Of a stretch of 64,000 nt of DNA, positions 24,170-35,154 are shown piece by piece; within the stretch, counting starts at the first letter, position 1; every line of letters starts with the position of its first letter. The notes below the pieces were generated by a model. The model was not told the DNA's origin and searched no databases. It was given only the letters and a program-made list of their open reading frames with translations. The stretch is from Pristiophorus japonicus (lineage: Eukaryota): the NCBI RefSeq assembly GCF_044704955.1, contig NC_091999.1, positions 25,792,001 to 25,856,000 of the forward strand, given 5' to 3'. The translations under genes and the position numbers were made by a program.

Positions 24170-26732
24170 GGTGTAATAAAAAGAGAGACAGTGTCGATGT
24201 TATATAAACAGTGACAATGCCTGGCGTATTATAAGAAGAGACAGGGTCTCGTGTGATATAAACTGAGACAGTGTATATTGGAATATAAACAGAGACAGAG
24301 TCTAGTGTAATACAAACAAAGATAGGGTCTAGTGTAATATAAACAAGGATAGTGTCAGAAAGAATATAAACAAAGATAGTGTCTGGTGCAATATAAACAG
24401 AGACACTGTCTAGTGTAATATAAACAGAGAGAGGGTCTAGTGTAATATAAACAGAGACAGATTCCAATGTAGTATAAACAGAGACAGTGTCTAGTATATT
24501 ATAAACAGAGACAGGGTCTAGTGTAATATAAACAGGGATAGTGTCTGGAAGAATATAAACAGAGACAGGGTCTTGTGTGATATTAACAGAGACAGGGTCC
24601 AGTGTAATATAAATAGAGACAGGGTCTAGAGTAAAATAAACAGAGACAGGGTCTAGTGTAGTATAAACAGAGACAGGGTCTAGTGTATTATAAACAGAGA
24701 CAGGGTCTAGGGAAATATAAACAAGGATAGTGTCAGAAAGAATATAAACAGAGGCAGTGTCTGGTGTAATATAAACAGAGACAGGGTCTAATGTAGTATA
24801 AACAGAGACAGTGTCTAGTATATTATAAACAGAGACAGGGTCTAGTGTATTATAAACAGAGACAGCGTTTAGTGTAATATAAACAGGGATAGTGTCTGGA
24901 AGAATATAAACAGAGACAGGGTCTTGTGTGATATGAACAGAGACCGGGTCCAGTGTAATATAAATAGAGACAGGGTCTGGAGTAAAATAAACAGAGACAG
25001 GGTCTATTGTATTATAAACAGAGACAAGGTCTATTGTAATATAAACAGGGATAGTGTCTGGAAGAATAAAAACAGAGACAGGGTCTAGTGTAATAAAAAC
25101 AGAGACAGCGTCTTGTGTAATACAAACAGAGACAGGGTCTAGTGCAATATAAACAGGGATAGTGTCAGAAAGAATTTAACAGAGGCAGTGTCTGGTGTAA
25201 TATAAACAGAGACATGGTCTAGTGTAATATAAAAAGAGACAGGGTCCAGTGTAATACAACCAGAGACAGGGTCTAGTATAACATAAACAGGGATAGTGTC
25301 AGAAAGAATATAAACAGAGGCAGTGTCTGGTGTAATATAAACAGAGACATGTCCTAGTGTAATATAAACAGAGACAGGGTCTAGTTTAATATAAACAGAG
25401 ACAGGGTTGAGTCCAATATAAACAGGGATAGTGTTAAGAAGAATATAGACAGAGACAGTGTCTAGTGTAATATATACAGAGGCAGGGTCTAGTGTATTAT
25501 AAACAGAGACAGGGTCTAGTGTAATATAAACAGGGATAGTGTCTGGAAGAATATAAACAAAGACAGGGTCTAGTGTAATATAAACAGAGACAGAGTCTAG
25601 TGTAATACAAACAGAGACAGGGTCTAGTGTAATATAAACAGGGATAGTGTCAGAAAGAATATAAACAGTGGCAGTGTCAGGTGTAATATAAACAGAGGCA
25701 TGGTCTAGTGTAACAAAAACAGAGACAGGGTCTAGCTTAATATAAACAGAGACAGGGTCGAGTCCAATATAAACAGGGATAGTGTTAAGAAGAATATAGA
25801 CACAGACAGTGTCTAGTGTAATATAAACAGAGACAGGGTCTAGTTTAATATAAACGGAGACAGGGTCTAGTGTAATATGAAGAGAGACAGAGTCTAGTGT
25901 AAAATAAACAGAGACAGGAGCTAGTTTAATATAAACAGAGACAGGGTCCAGTATAATAAGAACTGGAAGAGGGTCTAGTGTAATGTAAACAGAGGCAGGG
26001 TCTAGTGTAATATAAACAGAGACAGTGTCTAGTACAATATAAACAGAGACAGGGTCTAGTGTAATATAAACAGGGATAGTGTCTGGAACAATATAAACAG
26101 AGACAGGGTCTAGTGTAATATAAGCAGAGACAGGGCCTAGTTTAATATAAACAGAAACATGGTCCAGTGTAATATAAACAGAGACAGGGTCTAGTCGAAT
26201 ATAAACAGAGACAGGGTCTAGACTAATATAAACAGAGACAGTCTCTAGTGTAATATGAATTGGGAGTGGGTCTAATGTAATGTAAACAGAGGCAGGGTCT
26301 AGTGTAATATAAACAGAGACAGGGTCTAGTACAATATAAACAGAGACAGTGTCTAGTGTAATATAAACTGGGACAGGGTCTGGTGTAATATAAACAGAGA
26401 CAGGGTCCAGTGTAATAAAAACAGAGACAGAGTCTACAGTAATATAAACAGAGGCAGGATCTAGTGCAATATAAACTGGGACAGGGTCCAGTATAATATA
26501 AACACCGACAGGGTCCATTATAATATAAACAGAGACAGGGTCGAGACTAATATAAAAAGAGACAGTGTCTAATGTAATATAAACTGGGACAGAGTCTAGT
26601 GCAATATAAACAGACACAGGGTCTGGTACAATATAAACAGAGACAGGGACACGGGTAATATAAACAGAGACAGGGTCTCGTGTAATATTAACAGGGACAG
26701 GGTCTTAAGAGACCCAGGTTCTAGTGTAATAT
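24170..26732. repeat. 27-bp minisatellite, left arm (about 95 units)
   Basis: Unit AAACAGAGACAGGGTCTAGTGTAATAT; gives a 9-aa period (ITLDPVSVY) in the ORF track. Confidence 0.97.
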
Positions 26733-26904
26733 TAGATAGAAGTACAGATAGATGGATAGAAGTACGAATCGACGGACGGACGGACAGACGAATGGACCGA
26801 CCGACCGAACGACAGACAGATAGACAGTCAGACAGACATGAAGATTCGCATGGCTGGAATGTTACCATCAAATTATTCCAGGCATTCTATATGTTTAAAT
26901 TACT

Positions 26905-27815
26905 CTGGACCCTGTTTAATTATAACTACACTCGATCATCTCTCTTTTCGGATTGCACAAGGCCCTGTCTCAGTTATTACTGCACAAGTCTCGGGACCAA
27001 TTTTATTACTGTGGATACTGTCTCAGTTACACTGCACTAGACCGTGTCTCTGCTTATATTATGCTCGGCTCTGTATCAGTTATCACAGTACTGGACCCTC
27101 CGTTATAATACATTAGACCCATTCTCAGTTACTACTGAACTAGACGCTGTCTCTGTTTATATGACCGTACACCATGTTTCTGTCAATATTTCACTAGTTC
27201 CTGTCTCTCTTTATATTACACTCGATATGTCTCAGTTTATATTGCACTAGAAAATGTCAATGTTTCTACTACAATAGCTCATGTATTAGTTAGTATTAGA
27301 GCACGTTATCCTTTGTTATATTATGTTGGACCCTGTCACTATTTATATTATACTATCCCCTGTCTCTTTATAATAGATTGGTCCTGTCTCTGGTTATATT
27401 ACACTAGACCCTGTCTCTATTTATATTACACTCGACCCTGTCTCTATTTATATTACACTAGGCCCTGTCTCTGTTTATATTATACTAGACTCTGTATTTT
27501 TTACATTACACTAGACACTGTCTCTGTTTATATTACACTAGACACTGTCTCTGTTTATAGTACACTAGACCCTGCAATTTTTATATTACACTAGATATCG
27601 TCTCTGTTTGTATTACACTAGCCCCTTTATTTTCTATATTACACTAGACACTGTCTCTGTTTATATTACACTAGGCCCTGTCTCTGTTTATATTACACTA
27701 GACGCTGTGTCTTTATATTTTACACTGGTCCCTGTCATTGTAGATATTACACTATATCCTCTCTCTGTCTATGTTACACTGGGACGTGTCTCGGTTATTA
27801 CTGCACTAGACCCTG
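26905..27815. repeat. 27-bp minisatellite, right arm, inverted relative to the left arm
   Basis: Unit ATATTACACTAGACCCTGTCTCTGTTT, the reverse complement of the left arm unit; more degenerate near the centre. Confidence 0.92.
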
Positions 27816-28054
27816 GGGTATAGATGTGTCTATATAGGTCAAATCGAGCAATCCATTTGGCTGAGGGTCAGACGTCGCACCGATGAAGCTATGGCGACCA
27901 AATCACGTTGATGACGCTGCTTTGTTGTAAACAATGACGTCACCCATTGTTTACGTGTTGCTGACGTGATGATGTCAAAGAGGTAAACACGAAATGCAAT
28001 ATACAGGAAGTTGCACTGACAAAAACAATTTTCTGCGATAGTGATGTCACACTG

Positions 28055-28402
28055 TGCCATCAAACATTCCCAGGGCAGGGACAGCGCGGGTCTATGCAAA
28101 GAAAAGCTCCCTCGATGCTGTCCCATCAAACACTCCCAGCTCAGGTACAGCACGATTCGAAAAACAATAAAGCTCCCTCTACACCGTCACATCAAACGCT
28201 CCCAGGGCAGGTACAGCACGGGTAAGCTATAGTGTAAAGCCCCCTCTACACCGTCCCATCAAACTCTTCCAGAGCAGGTACATCACTGGTCTATGCAGAG
28301 AAAAGCTCCCTCGAAACCGTCCCATTAAACACTCGCAGGGCAGGTACCGCACGTAGTTAGATGCAGAGTAAAGTTCCCGCTACAGAGTCACATCAAACAC
28401 CC
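28055..28402. repeat. Tandem repeat of about 65 bp, 5-6 copies
   Basis: Unit approximately CCCATCAAACACTCCCAGGGCAGGTACAGCACGGG...AGAGTAAAGCTCCCTCTACACCGT. Confidence 0.85.
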
Positions 28403-29194
28403 AAGATCATTGAGTTCACACGACATATTTTATTATAAAGCTGCCTCTCCGCACACCCACCAATTTGGTTTGAGGCCTGGAAATAGACCTTAGAGAATAT
28501 TTTTGTTTGACATTGACTTCTTGTTGTGAAGTAAAAATAATGACGCATTCTTTAGAGGCAAGGCAAAAGGTGGGGATAGTAGAGAGAGGCAGAGAGGGAG
28601 GGGATACAGAGAATTGCCACGAATACATTTGAGCTGTCACTATATACATTGACTAGAAGCTTTCCCTATTCTGGCCGCGGAAAACATCGTTGATTTGTTC
28701 ACCAATAACTGAAAATAAATATCCCAAACATCAATTGTTGCTGGAATCCGTTGAGACATTAGCGTTTCTTTCTCTGTTTATTTCTATTCTGTCGTTCACT
28801 ATTCTAATCTGGGACTTCTATTTCTGCGTTTATTTACATAAACACCTTACAGGTTTCCATGAAGTGTTCATGGTAGCAAAAGCAGATCCACAAAGTCATT
28901 TACTGATTAGTTTTAACTCACAGCACGGGTTTATTTTATGAATATTGGTAGTTGGTACAAAGAAATGGAAATATCTCCAGCTGTGACATCGGTTTTTGGT
29001 TTGTTCAATTAGAAGAGATGTGATTTATATCAAAGGGAACATATTAAAATTAATAATTCAATTCTGAAAATTCTGCTACCAATGTCAATGGAACCTCGCT
29101 GAACAGATCAGTAATTCACTGGATGTCCATTTAGCGTAAGATTCCAGCCACTTAATCTAAACAAGTTAAAACAGCGAACAGAGGAGTCACCCAT

Positions 29195-29690
29195 TGCAAC
29201 GTGTATTTTAAATGTTGACGTTTAGAAATAACTTTCACGACTTTCACGTCCTCAGAATGTCCAAAAGTGCTTTATAATGAAGTACGTTTGAAGTGTAGTC
29301 ACTTTTGTAATGCAGGAAACGTGGAGTCAAATTGCACACAGAAAGCTCCCACAAACATAATGTGATAATAACCACAGAATCTGTTCTTTAGCGATGCTGG
29401 TTAATGGATAAGTATGTGTAATGGACTTCGGGGTGAACTCCCCTGCTATTTAAAATTGTGCCATTCAATCTCTTACATCCAACTGTGAATGAAGACCCAG
29501 CAGATGTAACGTCTCATCCGAAAGACTGCTCCACCGTCAATATAGCCCCTCCTCCCCTTCTCCTTCGGTACTGGTACCGGGAGTGCCAGCCGAGATTATG
29601 TGCTCAGTCTGTGGAGAGGGGTTGAGAACCCACAGCCTTCTCACTCAGAGGTGAGAGTGATCCCATTGTACCGGGGCTTTAGCACGTCAC
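29195..29690 (-). mobile_element. tRNA-derived SINE (same family as 10665-11098)
   Basis: Reverse complement of the same central domain (gtagtcacttttgtaatg, agctcccacaaaca) and head (gaacccacagccttctcactcagagg). Confidence 0.55.
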
Positions 29691-30041
29691 AGCTTAATTT
29701 TTTAGATGTTGTCATTTAGTTCAGAGTGTCCAAAGTTCATTGCCTGAGACGAGTCTTACACAATCGGTTTAATTCCCGGGGTTAATGCTCTTATCTTGCC
29801 TGGGATGATATTCTGGCACTGTTGTAAAATGGGATCAAATCTTATCGAATCCTCATCTGGATGTTCATGAGGTGCATCAGTAGAACAGCTGGAAACTGGG
29901 ACGGTGCTCCTTATATCCGAGAATGTTAAGGCAGATTTAATAGTGGCGATCAAAATTATGAGGAGTTTTAATCAAGTAAATAGTTAGAAAACTTTACCAC
30001 TGGTAAGACGGACAGTAACCGCAAGCCAGAGATTTAAAATG

Positions 30042-30165
30042 TATTACTGCACTAGACCCTGTCTCTGCTGAGATTACACTAGACCCTGTCCCTACTTACA
30101 TTGCACTAGACCCTGTCTCTGTTTACATTACACGAGACCCTGTCTCTATTTATATTACAGTCTCT
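30042..30165. repeat. Detached patch of the 27-bp minisatellite (4-5 units, right-arm orientation)
   Basis: attacactagaccctgtctct units. Confidence 0.9.
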
Positions 30166-31415
30166 TAAACAAAGGGGACTACAGTGGTATGATGGCAGAG
30201 TTGTCTAAAGTAGACAGGAAACGCAGACTAAACGGTGGCACAATTCAGGAACAGTGGAGGACGTTTGAGGAGCTCATAGTGCTCAACAAAAATATATTCC
30301 AGTGAAAAAGAAGGGCGGTTAGAGAAGGGATAACCAGCCGTGGATAACCAAGGAAATAAAGGAGAGTATCAAATTAAAAACCAATGCGTATAAGGTGGCC
30401 AATTTTAGTGGGAAACTAGAAGATTGGGAAAATTTTAATCGACAGCAAAGAATGATTAAGAGAACAATAAAGAAAGGAAAGATAGAGTACGAAAGTAAAT
30501 TTGCGCAACACATAAAAACAGATAGTAAAAGCTTTTACCGATATATAAAACGGAAAAGAATGACTAAAGTAAATGTTGGTCCCTCAGAAGATGAGAAGGG
30601 GGATTTAATACTGGGAAATGTGGAAATGGCTGAGACCCTAAACAATTATTTTGCTTCGGTCTTCACAATGGAAGACATAAAAACCATTGCAGAAATTGCT
30701 GGTCAAGGGAACGTGAGAAGGGAGGACCTTGAGATAATCACTATCACAACGGGGGTAGTGCTGGATAGGCTAATGGGACTCAAGGCAGACAACTCCACTG
30801 GACCTGATGAAATGCATCCCAGGGTATTAAAAGAGATGGCAGAGGTTATAGCAGATGCATTCGTTATAATCTACCAAAATTCTCTGGACTCTGGGGAGGT
30901 CCAGCGGATTGGAAAGCAGCTAATGTAACGCCTCTGTTTAACAAAGGGGGCAGACAAAAGGCAAGTAACTATAGGCCGGTTAGTTTAACATCTGTAGTGG
31001 GGAAAATGCTTGAAGCTCTCATTAAGGAAGGAATAGCGGGACATCTAGATAGGAATAGTGCAATAAAGCAGATGCAACATGGATTCATGAAGGGGAAATC
31101 AAGTTTAACTAATTTACTGGAATTCTTTGAGGATATAATGAGCATGGTGAATACCGATGAATGTGGTGTATTTAGATTTCCAAAAGGCATTCGATAAGGT
31201 GCCACACAAAAGGTTACTGCAGAAGATAAAGGTACGTGGAGTCAGAGGAAATGTATTAGCATGGATTGAGAATTGGCTGGCAAACAGAAAGCAGAGAGTC
31301 GGGGTAAATGGGTCCTTTTCGGGTTGGAAACCGGTGGTTAGTGGTGTGCCACAGGGATAGGTGCTGGGACCACAATTGTTTACAATATGCATAGATGACC
31401 TGGAAGAGGGGACAG
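30166..31415 (+). mobile_element. CR1 ORF2 internal fragment
   Basis: STGPDEMHPRVLKE, QHGFMKGKS, YLDFQKAFDKVPHKRL and SGVPQG motifs in ORFs 30395..30928, 30997..31197 and 31157..31360. Confidence 0.92.
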
Positions 31416-33790
31416 ATTCAATCAAGTTAGTCAGATATGACCTTCCCTGAACAAATCCGTGCGGACTGTTCCTGATTAATCCATGTCTTTCCAAATAAAG
31501 ATTTATCCTGTCATTCAGGATTTTTCCAAAAAAAATTCCCACCACTGAGGTTAGGCTGACTGGCCTTTAATAAATCGATCTATCCTTGTCTCCCTTTTTA
31601 AACAAAGGTTAAACATCAGAGGTCCTTCAGTCCTCTGGCACCACACCTGTAGCCAGTGTGGATTGGAAAATGATGGTCAGAGCCTCTGCTATTTCCTCTT
31701 TTGCTTCGCTTAACAGCCTGAAATACATTTCATCTGGGCCGGGGATTTATCCACTTTCAAAGCTGCTAAGTCCCTTAATACTTCTTCTCCAACTATGTTT
31801 ACCTCGTCCAATATTTCACACTCCTCCCTCATTGCAAAATCTGCATCGCCCCTCTCTTTTGTGAAAACAAATGCAGGGTATTTATTAAGAATTATATTCA
31901 CATCTTCTGCTTCCACACACAGATTTCCTTTGTGGTCTCTAATAGGCCCCATTCTTTCTCTAGTTATCCTCTTAATGTATTTATAATGTCTACCTCTCCT
32001 GAAACCTTCATGGGTCTGTGGATATGCACTCCTAGGTCTCTTTATTCATCTACACTTCTCAGTATCCTACGATTCATTGTGTATTCCCTTGCCTTGTTAG
32101 CCCACCCAAATGCAAGACCTCACACTTCCGCGGATTGAAGTCCACTTGCTACTATTCTGCCCACCTGATCAGTCCATTGACATCTTCCTGCAGTCTATAA
32201 CTTTCTTCTTCATTATCAAACACAAGGCCAATTTGTGTGTCATCTGCATACTTCCTAATCATACCCTATAGATTGAAGTCCAAATTATTGATAAAAAAGG
32301 GACCTAGTAGTGAGCCCTATGGATTCCCCACTGGAGACAGCCTTCCAGTCTCAAAAACACCCATCAACCATTAACCTTTGCTTCCTGACTCTGAGCCAAT
32401 TTTGGATCCAACTTGCCACTTTGCTTTGTATCCCAATTGCTTATAATTTTGTGACCAGTCTGCCTTGTGGGACTTTATCAAAATCGCTGCTAGAATTCAT
32501 ATACACATATTCAAATGCACTGCCCTCATTAATTTTTTTGAGGGGCTATACAGGAGAGTCAATCGGTAGACAGACCCGGCTTTCCCTTAACAAATCCATG
32601 CTGACTGTCCTTGATTAATCCGTGTCTTCCCAAATGAAGATTTATCCTATCCCTCAGCATGTTATCCAAACATTTTCCCACCAACGAGCTGAGGCTCTCC
32701 CCAGCTTGTAGAGGATCTAGGTCCCAGCTTTGTTCAGGTGCATCCCGACTGGCTTGTCCAGGTCCCACCGCCCCCAGAAACAGTCGCAATACCACAGGAA
32801 TTTAAAGTCATCCCTCCTGCATCGTCTCAAGCCTCATATTCACCTGCTCGATCCTCCTATTTCTGTACTCACTAGCACGTGGTACTGGGAGTAATCTGGA
32901 GATTACTACATTTGATATCCTGTTTTTTAGTCTCCTTTCCAGCTCCCTTAAAACTGCCTGAAGGACGTCATCCCTCTTTCGACCTTTGTCATTGCTGACA
33001 ATATAGACCACGACTTCTGCTATTCACCCCCCTCCCCCCCGTTCCCTCACAATGTCCTGCACCCTTTCAGTGACAAACCTTGACCCTGGAACCAGGGAGG
33101 CAATAACTATCCTGCAGTCACGTCTGCAGCCTCCAAACGTCCTTATTACTAGGGGGATCAAGGGGTATGGCGAGAAAGCAGGAATGGGGTACTGAAGTTG
33201 CATGTTCAGCCATGAACTCATTGAATGGCGGTGCAGGCTAGAAGGGCCAAATGGCCTAGTCCTGCACCTATTTTCTATGTTTCTATGTCTGTCTATTCCC
33301 CATGTATCAAATGACCTACCACTATTGCTCTTCCACTCTTCTTCCTTCCCTTCTGTACAGCCGAGCCCCCATGGTTCCATGGACTTGGCACTGGCTTCAC
33401 TCCCCAGAGCAACCATCATGCTCCTCATTAACCAGAACTGAAAAGCGGTTAATGAGTCAGGCGATTCCTGTCCTACATGCCAGTTCCTCCTTCTCTGTCT
33501 GACGATTTTCCATTCCCTCTATGCCTGCACAATTTTAAGCTGCTGGGTGACTACCTCCTGAAATACGTTATCCTCGAAGCTCTCAGCCCCGCGGATAGAC
33601 TTCATTGACGCTAGCAACTGCTCAAGCTCCGAAACCCGGTGCTCAAAATGCACCCCTATGATAAGGAATCTATATGGGTAGAGCTGCAGAACACCAAAGG
33701 GAAATACACGTTAGTGGGAGTTGTTTACCGACATCCAGACAGTAGTAGTGATGTTGGGGAGGGCATCAAACAGGCCATTAGGGAGCTGGC
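31416..33790 (-). mobile_element. Nest of older CR1 fragments (ORF2 and ORF1 esterase pieces) with a plus-strand CR1 3' end at about 33137-33288
   Basis: RINLYLERHGLIRNSPHGFVQG and VISRLLPVPRASEYRNRRIEQVN remnants; tttctatgtttctatg tail at about 33272-33288. Confidence 0.75.
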
Positions 33791-33834
33791 GACACTTCCC
33801 GCAACGTGGTCATCCAGATGCTCCCACATGGCTC

Positions 33835-34117
33835 GGTATGTGTATTCCATGGGACTGTGCTGCCTGACCAGGATGTACATTCCATGGGACTGTGCTGCCT
33901 GCCCAGAATGTACATTCCATGGGACTGAGCTGCCTGCCCAGGATGTGCATTCCATGGGACTGAGCTGCCTGCCCAGGATGTGCATTCCGTGGGATTGAGC
34001 TTCCCTGCCCAGGATGTACATTCCATGGGACTGAGCTGCCTGCCCAGGATGTGCATTCCATGGGACTGAGCTGCCTGCCCAGGATGTGCTTTCCAACCGA
34101 CAGTGCTGCCTGCCCAA
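33835..34117. repeat. 35-bp minisatellite, about 8 copies
   Basis: Unit TTCCATGGGACTGAGCTGCCTGCCCAGGATGTGCA. Confidence 0.95.
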
Positions 34118-34842
34118 GATATAAATTCTCTACAGACATTTCTAGTTTCTCTGGAACATTCTTTACTCTCTTGCTTATCCTAAGCTGTATAATTAGTCCA
34201 CTCCACTGCTCTGCCTCATAACCCTGCAAATCTTTGCAACTCAAATATTTATCTCTTTTGCACGTAAAGAGTGAATCTGCCTCCACCACCCTTACAGGCA
34301 GTGCGTTCCAGGCCATAACATTTCGCTACTGAATGTTTTTCGCTCTTGTGGCATCTGGTTCATTTGCCAATCATGTTAAATCGGTGTCCTCTGGCTACCG
34401 AGCCGTCTGACACTGAAAATGTTTTCCTTCATTAAGAGGGTTGGTGGGCTGGAGGAGGTTACAGAGATAGGGAGTGGCGAGGTGTTGGCTGGATTTGAAC
34501 AAGAGGAGGAGAATTTTAAAGGCTGAAGCTACCCCAGTGCAGAATGTGGTTCTCTATTAACAGGAAGGATTTTTGTTTCACAACTAAAGATGCATAATGA
34601 GGGGAAATCAATCTGTGTACCTTTAACTAACAGCGAAATGGAAAGAGAGAAATGAATGGCCTTTAAAAACCTGGTTATCGACCCCCGAAACTGTAAATTA
34701 TTTCTCATTATATAACCATAGAAATTTACAGCACGGAAGGAGGCCATTTAGGCCCATCGTGTTTGCGCAGACTGATAGAGAGCTATCCAGCCTAATCCCA
34801 CTTTCCAGCTGTGAGTCCGTAGCCTTGTAGCTTACAGAGGCG

Positions 34843-35152
34843 TGGGTTCGGTGCCATTGGGCAGCGCGGGCCAGACCACACAGTGATATGTGTGCACACT
34901 AGGTCCGTGCAACAGAGCACATCTAGGATAACCCTTGCCACTGGAATAAGACCTAGCTCTGTCAAGCCCGTGTGGCGGCTGGTGTGTAACGGCCACCACA
35001 CGTTAAAAAATCCATGCACAAGCATCTTCCACCCGTCAGGATGTAGTTTGGAACCTGGAATATTAGGTTCTTCATTGAAACATCTGTGAACTCATCCTTC
35101 TTTTTGGCGTGGAAGCAAGTCATCCTCGTTTCGACGCACTGCCAATGATGAT
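34843..35152 (+). mobile_element. RTE-tail SINE-like element
   Basis: Ends ggaagcaagtcatcctcg...actgccaatgatgat; the same end occurs reversed at 58850-58945 (atcatcataggcagtccc). Confidence 0.5.
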
Positions 35153-35154
35153 AC

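Noticed and set aside
25139-26617. 492-aa ORF of ITLDPVSVY repeats
   Set aside because: Stop-free frame of a 27-bp (multiple of 3) minisatellite; no gene structure.
28018-28056. ACAAAAACA and CACTGTG close together
   Set aside because: Nonamer and heptamer are in incompatible orientations, so not an RSS; no adjacent coding segment.
33725-34316. Repetitive ORFs, or a CRISPR-like reading of the 35-, 38- and 58-bp arrays
   Set aside because: Pure tandem repeats without unique spacers, in a vertebrate genome.
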